A stretch of 64,000 nucleotides of DNA from Macrostomum hystrix. Lineage: Eukaryota > Animalia > Platyhelminthes. Under the pieces are notes generated by a model. It was given only the letters and a program-made list of their open reading frames with translations, did no database searches and was not told the origin of the DNA. The DNA lies in NCBI GenBank assembly GCA_950097015.1, contig CATNEN010000038.1, positions 31,868,001 through 31,932,000 of the forward strand. The letters run 5' to 3'. Positions 13,406-24,870 of the stretch are shown one piece after another. The position numbers and the translations under genes were made by a program. The first letter of the stretch is position 1. Every line of letters begins with the position of its first letter.

Positions 13406-15266
13406 ATGGTATCATCTGTAAATAGCAACCAGATTGGAGCATTAACAACTTCATCAATCTCAGCACTGAGCCTGGGACAGGTTCATGCCATGTGAGTTTG
13501 TGAACGCTTTCATTACTCTTGTTTAGTGACTTTTAATCACTTCCAGTCCATCTTCAAAAATTCATCTAACCTCAAATTGTTGTGATAGGAGGTCTGGGAT
13601 TTGAGATCTTTTGAAAACAAGATTGCCAGCTTGACAGTGTTTCTTACCAACCAAGCTACCATTTTTCTCAGAGCACTCCTAGCCTTCGCGTCATCCGCGG
13701 CGGCTGTGGCCGCTCCGTGGCGTTGGCTGTCGCTGCAATGGTCGCCTTCGTCTGTATTTTCCTGGTCTGACGCAGCATCGACAGAGTTTTCCGCTGCCGC
13801 TGCCACTTGGAACAGCTTCTGGCCGTTTCGATTCAGTGCCAATTTGATTGGATACGGAACCGCCTTGCTGCCATTGTACCTGGCGGTGCGTCTGGTCCGA
13901 GCCTGGGACTACGGCAGTCGGGGACCGGCAAAGGGCCTCCTACCAGCTTGCATTCGTGCTCTGGCTCTCGACGGCGATGATGGCAATGGCGTTGAGAAGC
14001 AGCAACAGCAGCAGCAGCCAACTGATGGTGAGTTACGAGAATTTCTAGCCTGTTTTCTACTTGTCCGTGAGTTAAAAGCTCGTACAAGTCACTTCCGAAC
14101 CATTTAGATCCGCAACCACAGCAACAGCAGCACTCACTAAGATGGTGCCTGCACCTGACCATCTGTTTTGTCGGTTTGCAAGCGGCCTATTTAACCTGGG
14201 GCCTACTGCAGGAGCGAATGATGACGTTCGACTACAATGGTGAAAGATTTCGCGACTCGCAGTTCCTGGTGTTCGCCAATCGCGCCCTGGGCGGCCTGCT
14301 GGCACTGCCGCTCATGCTGCTGAAGCCGTTCGCGAAAGATGAAGCCGCGAAGAAGACTGCAAAAGCTGCCGCCGATAAAAAGCGAACCCCGCCAGCGTTC
14401 GAGTATGTCTACAGCTCGGTGTCGAACATTCTCAGCTCCTGGTGCCAGTACGAGGCCCTAGTCTACGTTACTTTTCCAACCCAGGTGCTAGCCAAAGCGT
14501 CCAAGATCATACCTGTGATGTTGATGGGATGGCTGGTGTCGAGAAAATCATACCGCGCCGACGAGTACTTCACAGCCGGCCTAATTAGCACAGGTAACCC
14601 GTGGGTTCTAAATTCGCTACGATATGCATTCGAAAGTTTCCTTTGCCCAGCATTCGAAATCCCCCAGGTACTGCTCTTTTTCTGCTATCTTCACCCGACC
14701 TGGCGGATTCGCATCGCGCGTCGAACTCATCATCGGCCGATTCAACGACTAACTCGCCCTGGTCACCAAGCCAGCACGCCTGGACTGATCCTCTGAGCGG
14801 TGCGACGCTCCTAGTCGGCTACCTGGTGTTCGACGCCTTCACCAGCAGCTGGCAGTCGCGGCTGTTTGCCAGCTACCGATCCGGCCCGCTGCAGATGCTG
14901 GCTGGAAGCAGCCTGGCTTCCTGCCTAGCAACCGTTGCTGCCCAGCTGCAGCAGGGCTCCCTCTCAGCGGCACTGGCCTTCGCCTACAGGCAGCCGCTAT
15001 TCGCTAGTCACCTGTGCCTGTTGTCGCTCTGCTCCACCCTGGGCCAGCTGGTCATATTTCACACCATCGATAGGTTCGGCCCCGTGACCTTCACCATCAT
15101 CATGACCGTCAGGCAAGCCTTCGCCATCCTGGTGTCCTGCCTGGTCTATCAGCACAGACTGAGCGGGCACGCCTGGAGCGGAGTGGCGGCGGTCTTCACC
15201 GCCCTGTTCCTGCGGATCTACTTCGCTCAACGGCCTGGGTCTAAACTGGCTGTGAAGCGCGATTGA
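13406..15266 (+). CDS. SLC35B2: Adenosine 3'-phospho 5'-phosphosulfate transporter 1 (PAPST1/slalom), 4 exons
   Basis: Exons 13406-13491, 13672-14027, 14108-14593, 14668-15266 with phase-consistent GT-AG introns of 180, 80 and 74 bp. Motifs GLQAAYLTWGLLQER, ERFRDSQFLVFANR, SNILSSWCQYEAL, FPTQVLAKASKIIPVMLMG, FGPVTFTIIMTVRQ. Exon 1 is the least certain. Confidence 0.9.
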
Positions 15267-15440
15267 GGCTGTTCAAATAGCGTTCTCAAACTGATTGAAG
15301 CTGCTTTAGCTACTTAAGAATCTCATTTGAATGATTGCTTAACTATCATTGCTACACATCAAGTGTTATCTATACCTCACGGTTATCATAATATTGAGCA
15401 ATTCTTGACAAACATTATCTTTATCCAGGTACCTTCAGAA

Positions 15441-15778
15441 GGGCTGCGGGCACTGGCACATCCTTTGGTGACACTAATCCCGCAGCCAGCGAGGAGGCAA
15501 TTCTGCCCATTTCGCTGACTCCTGAGCACACACGCACACAGATACTGTACGCAGACATACTCTCACACAGGTGTGAACATACGCCGTGACTTTCTCATCG
15601 TCAGGCAGTGTACACTTTTAGTGTGCCTTGGGGGTTGGCCCTCAACGGCGTAAATTACACGAGAAGCCCCCAAGCCTTCTCTAAGCGAATGCGCCTCAAA
15701 TGAATGTGGCCTCGCCGCTGAATCGAGCTCAGGAACCTTGGCGCGAGAGGCAAACGCGTTGACCGCTCTGCCACTCAC
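15441..15778 (-). mobile_element. tRNA-derived SINE (copy 1)
   Basis: Reverse complement aligns by eye along its length with 63500-63840; head has A-box TGGCAGAGCGG and B-box-like GAGCTCGATTCA. Confidence 0.85.
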
Positions 15779-16339
15779 TTAACCTCCACCGATTTACTAA
15801 TTTATTAATTAAGTCCTTCAATGCATTAAAAATGACCACTATTTGAATGATTCTTTGATTCCTAACAACATGGTTAAATAAAGATTCTCTTCGAAGTGTA
15901 CACACAGTACAATCAATCTTGCAGAAATACGACTGAATTGAGAAAATAGCACCGTTGATTAGTTTTAAAAGCGATATAATTAATTTAAATTTATAAATAT
16001 CAGAACTAGATGAGACATTAATGCTTTTTAATATAATACTTTTATTAGTACAAAGTAAACTAATAATTTATTTGATACAGCTGAAAATAATCATAAAAGA
16101 TAAATTACAAATTTCGCATGACGAAAAACACGATTCTTAAAGTCGCTTGAAGATTTTCAATTACAAAAATTGTGAGCTAAGGAAAACTAGTCATTTAAAA
16201 GTCCACAGAGCGCGTTGGATGATGAATGAGAACCCGACAGTTATTTTCTAAACTGGAGGCTACACCGATTTTTTTAGATTTACCAGACAATCTTCGATAA
16301 CGAGTGGGATTTACACTCGGGAGTGCTAGCTTAGGTCTC

Positions 16340-16800
16340 GGACATTATCCCATCCAAGACTGTTAGCTGATGGGCATTATCCCATCCAAGACTGTTAGCT
16401 GATGGACATTATCCCATCCAAGACTGTTAGCTGATGGACACTTTCCCATCCAAGACTGTTAGCTGATGGGCATTATCCCATCCAAGACTGTTAGCTGATG
16501 GACATTATCCCATCCAAGACTGTTAGCTGATGGACACTTTCCCATCCAAGACTGTTAGCTGATGGACATTATCCCATCCAAGACTGTTAGCTGATGGGCA
16601 TTATCCCATCCAAGACTGTTAGCTGATGGACATTATCCCATCCAAGACTGTTAGCTGATAGACATTATCCCATCCAAGACTGTTAGCTGAAGTAAATTAT
16701 CCCATCCAAGACTGTTAGCTGATGGACATTATCCCATCCAAGACTGTTAGCTGATGGACATTATCCCATCCAAGACTGTTAGCTGAAGTAAATTATCCCA
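16340..16800. repeat. 32-bp minisatellite (CATTATCCCATCCAAGACTGTTAGCTGATGGA)n, ~14 copies
   Basis: Period 32; starts about 2 bp after the stop codon of the THAP gene. Confidence 0.95.
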
Positions 16801-16802
16801 GA

Positions 16803-17549
16803 CTAGAAATCTTCTGTTGCGGGTTCCAGATCCTCCCCATTGGCAAGGATAGCGGCTGCACGCAAAGTCATAAGCAATTTCCGCTGAGCCTCACTAATTG
16901 GCAGCGGAAACTCGGGCTTCATTATCTGGTCAAGAGTGGAATCCAATAGTCGATCTTGCCTTCGCTGTACTCGCTGCATCTCCGCTAATTCTGAGGCGAT
17001 ACTTGACTGAGCATTCTCTAGTCGCTCTGAAACAGACACTAGCGTGAGCAGCTGCTCATATTCGAAGCGTTCGTTAAAACCGGACTCCTGAGTATCATTT
17101 GCCTCATTCCGATTGTCTTCACCATCAGTCTCAGCGGCTACAACATCCTCATCGTCGTCAATCTCAATAGTGTCAGCTGTTGACTGGCCCTGCCGAACCA
17201 TCTCAGCGGTGTTGGTAGCACCAGTTTGCTCTGGCTGATCAACAATACCCATTGCTTCGCTAACATCTTTACAGGTGTAAATCGGCTCCCAGGTGAATAG
17301 GGTCGGTATGGCTATCTTTCTTAGTCGATTGGCTTCAAAATCTTCATAGTCGTAATAGGTGAAATGATCGCCACAGATCCTGGAACTGTTAGTCACGTCC
17401 GCCTCTGTGCATTTCATATTGGCTAGCCAGAATTCGCGGCGAATTGGTTCGCGAACAATGCGATGAAAGCACAGCTCGGGCGCCAGCGAAGACGTCTGGC
17501 CGCATTTCGGCACGCAGCACCGATAGTAGGCCTTGCGACCGCCGGTCAT
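16803..17549 (-). CDS. THAP-domain (C2CH zinc finger) protein with C-terminal coiled coil, single coding exon (THAP-B)
   Basis: ATG at 17549. CCVPKC...FHRI...W...RICGDHF...RLRKIAIPTLF matches the THAP signature, followed by an acidic linker and heptad helix (LVSVSERLENAQSSIASELAEMQRVQRRQ). Confidence 0.85.
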   Translation of the reverse strand: MTGGRKAYYRCCVPKCGQTSSLAPELCFHRIVREPIRREFWLANMKCTEADVTNSSRICGDHFTYYDYEDFEANRLRKIAIPTLFTWEPIYTCKDVSEAMGIVDQPEQTGATNTAEMVRQGQSTADTIEIDDDEDVVAAETDGEDNRNEANDTQESGFNERFEYEQLLTLVSVSERLENAQSSIASELAEMQRVQRRQDRLLDSTLDQIMKPEFPLPISEAQRKLLMTLRAAAILANGEDLEPATEDF

Positions 17550-17694
17550 TCGTTTCAATTGGCGATTTTAATTACTCGCTTCTACTTATCAGTAGTCTGT
17601 TGCAGCACTGCAATTTAGAATTAATAGCACTAAAGGTAACAACTTTTAGTGATTTGTCATTTGAATAACCCTATGAGGATTTAAAAAATTGAGA

Positions 17695-18260
17695 CAGAAA
17701 TCCCACACAAAAATCTGGGAATAGGGAGATAAATCCCACACTGAAGGATCTGGGGATAGGCAGAGAAATCCCACACTGAAGGATCTGGGGATAGGCAGAG
17801 AAATCCCACACTGAAGGATCTAGAAATAGGGAAAGAAATCCCACTGAAAAATCAGACATAGCGAAAAAATCCCGCACTGGGCGATCTGGGAATGGGGAAA
17901 GAAATCCCACAATGAAGGATTTGGGAATGGGGAAAGAAATCCCACACTGGGCGATCTAGGAATGGGGAAAGAAATCCCACACTGGGCGATCTAGGAATGG
18001 GGAAAGAAATCCCACACTGGGCGATCTAGGAATGGGGAAAGAAATCCCACACCGGAGGATCTAGGAATGGGGAAAGAAATCCCACACTGGGCGATCTAGG
18101 AATGGGGAAAGAAATCCCACACTGGAGGATCTAGGAATGGGGAAAGAAATCCCACAATGAAGGATTTGGGAATGGGGAAAGAAATCCCACACTGGAGGAT
18201 CTAGGAATGGGGAAAGAAATCCCTCACTGAAGGATTTGAGGATAGCAAATGAAATCCCAT
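17695..18260. repeat. 35-bp minisatellite (GAAATCCCACACTGGGCGATCTAGGAATGGGGAAA)n
   Basis: Period 35, with diverged edge units. Confidence 0.93.
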
Positions 18261-18660
18261 ATTGCAGAAATGAAGACAGTAGCTACTACTTGGAACAACC
18301 AAATATAAAGTGCTTAAATACAAGTCTAGACCAGTTTGCTATGGATAAAATTTTCGATTTTATAGGAAGTCATATAAACATACTACTTACTCTGTGCAGT
18401 AAGTAGGCACATTGGTTTAATTAGTCACCAAGAATTTCGCTTGTCAGTTCATAATTTTGACGGAAGAAATAGCGAACAATGGAACCATAATCGACTAGAG
18501 AGAAAAAAGCCTGATACTACTACAACACAAAAGTCAACTGCATAGTAAGTAGTATAGTACGCAAAAAGTTGAGAGCATTTGAAAATGCAAAACAGCCACA
18601 AAATTATCAAGCATATTAACGCGCAAATTAATTTGCAATTAACGGTGGAAGTAGCTGTGA

Positions 18661-21600
18661 CTACTGTTTCCTAGTGCGATCACTGTTGTTAACTATACTT
18701 GTGAGTTCATCGACTAGTTCACCTAGTCGCTCCTCCTGAAGCCTCTGTCGGCGAGCTAGCCGATTTAACTCGCGCATCAGTCGGTTCTGCGAATCGTCCA
18801 GATCAAGGGCCACTCGAAGAATCTGACTGATCAGGCCTAAGTCGCGACGTCTGCAAGAGCCACGTCTGCTAGGCTTTGTCGCGTGAGATTCTGGACTTAC
18901 GGCTACTGGAACTACGGAGCTGAAAATGGTGACCGGCATGACCCTCACACGTGAATCTGGGATTGGGATGTTGTGAACTTGGTCTTGGACATTGAGTGAA
19001 ACTGGGATTGTGACATTGGGTGAAACTGGGATTGTGACATTGGGTGAAACTGGTATTGTGACATTGAATGAGTCTGGGATTGTGACATTGGGTGAAACTG
19101 AGATTGTGACATTGGGTGAAACTCGGATTGTGACATTGGGTGAAACTGGGATTGTGACATTGGGTGAAACTGGGATTGGGACATTGGGTGAAACTGGGAT
19201 TGTGACATTGGGTGAAACTGGGATTGGGACATTGAGTGAATCTGGAATTGTGACATTGGGTGAAACTCGGATTGTGACATTGAGTGAATCTGGGATTGTG
19301 ACATTGGGTGAATCTGGGATTGTGACATTGGGTGAATCTGGGATTGTGACATTTGGTGAAACTGAGCCTGTGACATTGAGTGAATCTGGGATTGTGACAT
19401 TGGGTGAAACTGGGATTGGGACATTGAGTGAATCTGGGATTGGGACATTGAGTGAAAATGGGATTGTGACATTGAGTGAATCTGGGATTGGGATGTTGTG
19501 AACTTGGTCTTGGACATTGAGTGAAACTGGGATTGTGACATTGGGTGAAACTGGGATTGTGACATTGGGTGAAACTGGGATTGTGACATTGAGTGAGTCT
19601 GGGATTGTGACATTGGGTGAAACTGGGATTGTGACATTGGGTGAAACTAGGATTGTGACATTGGGTGAAACTCGGATTGTGACTTCGGGTGAAACTGGGA
19701 TTGTGACATTCGGTGAAACGGGGATTGGGACATTGAGTGAATCTGGGATTGTGACATTGGGTGAAACTGGGATTGTGACATTGGGTGAAACTGGGATTGG
19801 GACATTGAGTGAATCTGGGATTGTGACATTGAGTGAATCTAGGATTGTGACATTGAGTGAAACTGGGATTGGGACATCGGGTGAAACTGGGATTGTGACA
19901 TTGGGTGAATCTGGGATTGTGACATTGGGTGAAACTGGGATTGCGACATTGGGTGAATCTGGGATTGTGACATTAGGTGAATCTGGGATTGTGACATTGG
20001 GTGAAACTGAGCCTGTGACATTGAGTGAATCTGGGATTGTGACATTAGGTGAAACTGGGATTGGGACATCGGGTGAAACTGGGATTGTGACATTGAGTGA
20101 ATCTGGGATTGGGACATTGGGTGAAACTGGGATTGGGACATCGGGTGAAACTGGGATTGTGACATTGAGTGAAACTGGGATTGGGACATCGGGTGAAACT
20201 GGGATTGTGACATTGGGTGAAACTGGGATTGCGACATTGAATGAATCTGGGATTGGGACTTTGGGTGAAACTGGGATTGGGACATATGGGGTGAATCTGG
20301 GATTGCGACTTTGGGTGAAACTGGGATTGGGACATTGGGTGAATCTTAGTTTGGGACATTGGATGAATCTGGGATTGGGACATTTAGTGAATCTGGCATT
20401 GGGATGTTGTGAACTTGGCTTTGGACATTGAGTGAAACTGGGATTGTGACATTGGGTGAAACTGGGATTGTGACATTGGGTGAAACTGGGATTGCGACAT
20501 TGAGTGAATCTGGGATTGTGACATTGGGTGAAACTGGGATTGGGACATCGGGTGAAACTGGGATTGTGACATTGGGTGAAACTGGGATTGCGACATTGGG
20601 TGAATCTGGGATTGTGACATTGGGTGAATCTGGGATTGTAACATTGGGTGAAACTGGGATTGTGACATTGGGTGAATCTGGGATTGTGACATTGAGTGAA
20701 TCTGGGATTGTGACATTAGGTGAAACTGGGATTGGGACATCGGGTGAAACTGGGATTGGGACATTGGATGAATCTGGGATTGGGACATTGGGTGAATTAG
20801 GGATTGGGATGTTGGGTGAATCTGGGATTGGGACACTGAATATATCTATGATTGAGAATTGTGTTGATTTTATTAAAAGGTTAAAATCTAAGATCCATTA
20901 TCTAAAGAATCTGGGATTTTCTTACCAAACATCAGGCAGTATGTCATTATTGTCCATTGCCTCGCTCCTAGATCCATGAATTGCAACTTTAGCATCGTCG
21001 ACTGAAGATTGGGAATCGTCTGTATCGTCAATCATGTCCTTGTCTGTGCTGTCATTCTCTATGCTGATGTGACACGCCTGCTGCTGCTGCTGCTGTAGTA
21101 CTAAAGGCTGGCTATAGCACACAGTCAGCGGCGCTATTTGTAGTCCGCTGGGAAATGCTGTTCGTTGAATTTTTAAACAGTTACAGCAATCAGCATTTTA
21201 TCTAAAAATGGGACACTACCACACTCTCATTTCTCCCAAATCTGTCTCAACATCTCATTTCTCCCAAATCTGTCTCAACATCTCATTTCTCCCAAATCTG
21301 TCTCAACATCTCATTTCTCCCAAATCTGTCTCTACATTATCATTTCTCCCAAATCTGTCTCTACATCTCATTTCTCCCAAATCTGTCTCAACATCTCATT
21401 TCTCCCAAATCTGTCTCTACATCTCATTTCTCCCAAATCTGTCTCAACATTATCATTTCTCCCAAATCTGTCTCTACATTATCATTTCTCCCAAATCTGT
21501 CTCAACATCTCATTTCTCCCAAATCTGTCTCTACATCTCATTTCTCCCAAATCTGTCTCAACATCTCATTTCTCCCAAGTCTGTCTCTACATCTCATTTC

Positions 21601-24011
21601 TCCCAATTCTGCCTCAACATCTCATCTCTCCCAAATCTGTCTCAACATCTCATTTCTCCCAAATCTGTCTCTACATCTCATTTCTCCCGAAACTGTCTCA
21701 ACATCTCATTTCTCCCAATTCTGCCTCAACATCTCATCTCTCCCAAATCTGTCTCTACATCTCATTTCTCCCAAATCTGTCTCTACATCTCATTTCACCC
21801 AAATCTGTCTTAACATCTCATTTCTCCCAAATCTGTCTCAACATCTCATCTCTCCCAAATCTGTCTCTACATCTCATTTCTCCCAAATCTGTCTCTACAT
21901 CTCATTTCTCCCAAATCTGACTCTACATCTCATCTCTCCCAAATCTGTCTCTACATCTCTCTCAACATCTCATTTCTCCCAAATCTGTCTCTACATCTCA
22001 TTTCTCCCAAATCTGTCTCTACATCTCATCTCTCCCAAATCTGTCTCTACATCTCTCTCAACATCTCATCTCTCCCAAATCTGTCTCTACATCTCATTTC
22101 TCCCAAATCTGACTCTACATCTCATCTCTCCCAAATCTGTCTCTACATCTCTCTCAACATCTCATTTCTCCCAAATCTGTCTCAACATCTCATTTCTCCC
22201 AAATATGTCTCTACATCTCATTTCTCCCAATTCTGCCTCAACATCTCATCTCTCCCAAATCTGTCTCAACATCTCATTTCTCCCAAATCTGTCTCTACAT
22301 CTCATTTCTCCCGAAACTGTCTCAACATCTCATTTCTCCCAATTCTGCCTCAACATCTCATCTCTCCCAAATCTGTCTCTACATCTCATTTCTCCCAAAT
22401 CTGTCTCTACATCTCATTTCACCCAAATCTGTCTTAACATCTCATTTCTCCCAAATCTGTCTCAACATCTCATTTCTCCCAAATCTGTCTCAACATCTCA
22501 TTTCTCCCAATTCCGCCTCAACATCTCATCTCTCCCAAATCTGTCTCTACATCTCATTACTCCCAAATCTGTCTCTACATCTCATTTCTCCCAAATCTGA
22601 CTCTACATCTCATCTCTCCCAAATCTGTCTCTACATCTCTCTCAACATCTCATTTCTCCCAAATCTGTCTCTACATCTCATTTCTCCCAAATCTGTCTCT
22701 ACATCTCATCTCTCCCAAATCTGTCTCTACATCTCTCTCAACATCTCATCTCTCCCAAATCTGTCTCTACATCTCATTTCTCCCAAATCTGACTCTACAT
22801 CTCATCTCTCCCAAATCTGTCTCTACATCTCTCTCAACATCTCATTTCTCCCAAATCTGTCTCAACATCTCATTTCTCCCAAATATGTCTCTACATTATC
22901 ATTTCTCCCAATTCTGTCTCTACATTATCATTTCTCCCAAATCTGTCTCAACATCTCATTTCTCCCAATTCTGTCTCTACATTATCATTTCTCCCAAATC
23001 TGTCTCTACATCTCATTTCTCCCAATTCTGTCTCTACATTATCATTTCTCCCAAATCTGTCTCTACATTATCATTTCTCCCAATTCTGTCTCTACATTAT
23101 CATTTCTCCCAATTCTGCCTCTACATTATCATTTCTCCCAATTCTGTCTCTACATTATCATTTCTCCCAAATCTGTCTCAACATCTCATTTCTCCCAATT
23201 CTGCCTCTACATTATCATTTCTCCCAATTCTGTCTCTACATTATCATTTCTCCCAAATCTGTCTCAACATCTCATTTCTCCCAATTCTGTCTCTACATTA
23301 TCATTTCTCCCAAATCTGTCTCTACATTATCATTTCTCCCAAATCTGTCTCAACATCTCATTTCTCCCAATTCTGCCTCAACACTAGCATTTCTCCCGAA
23401 ACTGTCTTAACATTTCATTTCTCCCAAATCGGTCTCTACATCTCATTTCTCTAAAATGTTTCGCTCCGTAATTGCCAGAAGAACTCAAGCTTCTAGAAGC
23501 CGAACTCACCGAAAGCCGCAGAGCTAAAGTTGGTCACAGTGGCTCCATGATTGCCAGTTCCGTTGCTAACAACGCCGGCGCGCCTACCGCGAAATACACT
23601 TGGCACAGCATTGGGATACAGTCTCCTGCGCCTATTCGGCGTAGGCATAGGCGTCGGGGTCGATGTTGGCGAACTAGGCGGCGAGGCTAGCGAAGCTAGG
23701 GCGGCAGCGGCCGCAGCCTCCTCCTCCTCAGTCTGCTTGGCAACATAATCTGACCGGACAAAATGACGCGAACAGATTCTAGTACTATGGCCAGGATTAA
23801 AGCCGGCTTGATTAATGGCCGTGACCCACTGGGCGCGAAGGCCGGGATCAACTGGGAATCGGTGAAAACTATAGCCGGGATCGCCTTCTCGACGATTGCA
23901 ACCGGAAATACAGCAGCGGGCGCGAGATTTACTAGAACTATTCCGACTCTGCTGCTGCTGCTGCTGCTGTTGTTGCTGATGATGAAGAGATGACGTTGAC
24001 GAAACAGACAT
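18661..24011 (-). CDS. THAP-domain protein with C-terminal coiled coil, 3 exons (THAP-A)
   Basis: Exon 1 24011-23510 (CCISGC...FHRFPVD...W...RICSRHF...LYPNAVPSVF; donor G|GTGAGT, phase 1). Exon 2 ~21100-20926 (acceptor ambiguous; donor TG|GTAAGA, phase 2). Exon 3 18919-18661 (acceptor ttttcag|C, phase 2; helix LDLDDSQNRLMRELNRLARRQRLQEERL). Confidence 0.75.
18950..20838. repeat. 24-bp minisatellite (TGGGTGAAACTGGGATTGTGACAT)n in THAP-A intron 2
   Basis: Period 24; variant block GATGTTGTGAACTTGG recurs at ~18967, ~19492 and ~20403. Confidence 0.95.
21224..23452. repeat. 28-bp minisatellite (CATCTCATTTCTCCCAAATCTGTCTCWA)n in THAP-A intron 1
   Basis: Period 28. Confidence 0.95.
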
Positions 24012-24679
24012 AATGTCCCCCTCTCCCTGTTTATTATAATTCTATTATTATAGCAGAACGCCTTTGATAACAAGCTGCAAGTCAAATTAGTGCTAAGAAT
24101 TCACGTGTGTGTAAGTAAGCGCACAGCATAGAAGCCTTGGTACAGGCTAAAATGTACGTTAACCGGCTGCTAGGCTTAATAAAACACGCCAGGGTGTAGG
24201 GTGGGTGCGGCGGCTGTCGCGGGTAAAAAGCAGGCAAGGGGGGAGAGGAAATATTTCCTATCCACTAAAGCTCAGTCGGGACAACCACCCCAAGCCCTAG
24301 CCGCCGCCGAAGCCAGTCAAGGCAAGATATAGGCCAGCCAATACACATGAGTCAGCCGATGCGTCGGACGGGGGGTGGGCTGTGCGTGTGCAGAGGGCAG
24401 GACAGGGATAGGAAAGAGCGTATAGGCTACCCTCTTAGATTGGGATAGAACAGGGAAGGAAATCAGCCAAGGCTTTATCGATCGATCTAAGCTTGGCTGG
24501 CTTTCTGGCTTAGGAATACAAACAAAAAAATTGTTCACCAGAAAAGATAAGTGGATTAGATCTAGAAAATTATGGATTAACCTGTTACATTAAAGCAGAC
24601 TTACAAATTAAGTATCGACCCAGGTGGGTCGGGTATTAAATATGATTTCGTTGATTTCATAAGCAGGGGGGCATAAATT

Positions 24680-24870
24680 CCAACTGATTTTTTAGTTGGG
24701 AGGACATTTTATCCCACTGATTTTACAGACCAGAAAAAACATTTATCCCATTCATTTTCCAGGCAGGAGAACATTTATCCCACAGATTTTTTAGATAGGA
24801 CATTATCCCACTGATTTTCCAGGGAGAAGGACATTTTCCCACTGATTTTCTAGAGAGGAGGACAAGGTTC
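24680..24870. repeat. Degenerate tandem repeat (GGACATTTTATCCCACTGATTTT core)
   Basis: About 5 diverged copies of the core. Confidence 0.6.

Noticed and set aside
16340-18260. CRISPR array (32- and 35-bp repeats)
   Set aside because: Units are head-to-tail with no unique spacers, there are no cas genes, and the context is eukaryotic.
18945-23454. SQSQFHPM, GETGIVTL and ISPKSVSTSH repeat ORFs
   Set aside because: They lie inside phase-consistent introns of THAP-A and are translations of the arrays.
16803-24011. THAP genes as P-element transposases
   Set aside because: No catalytic domain, TIRs or TSD seen.
24110-24589. Solo LTR with TGTAA...TTACA ends
   Set aside because: Flanks do not form a target-site duplication.
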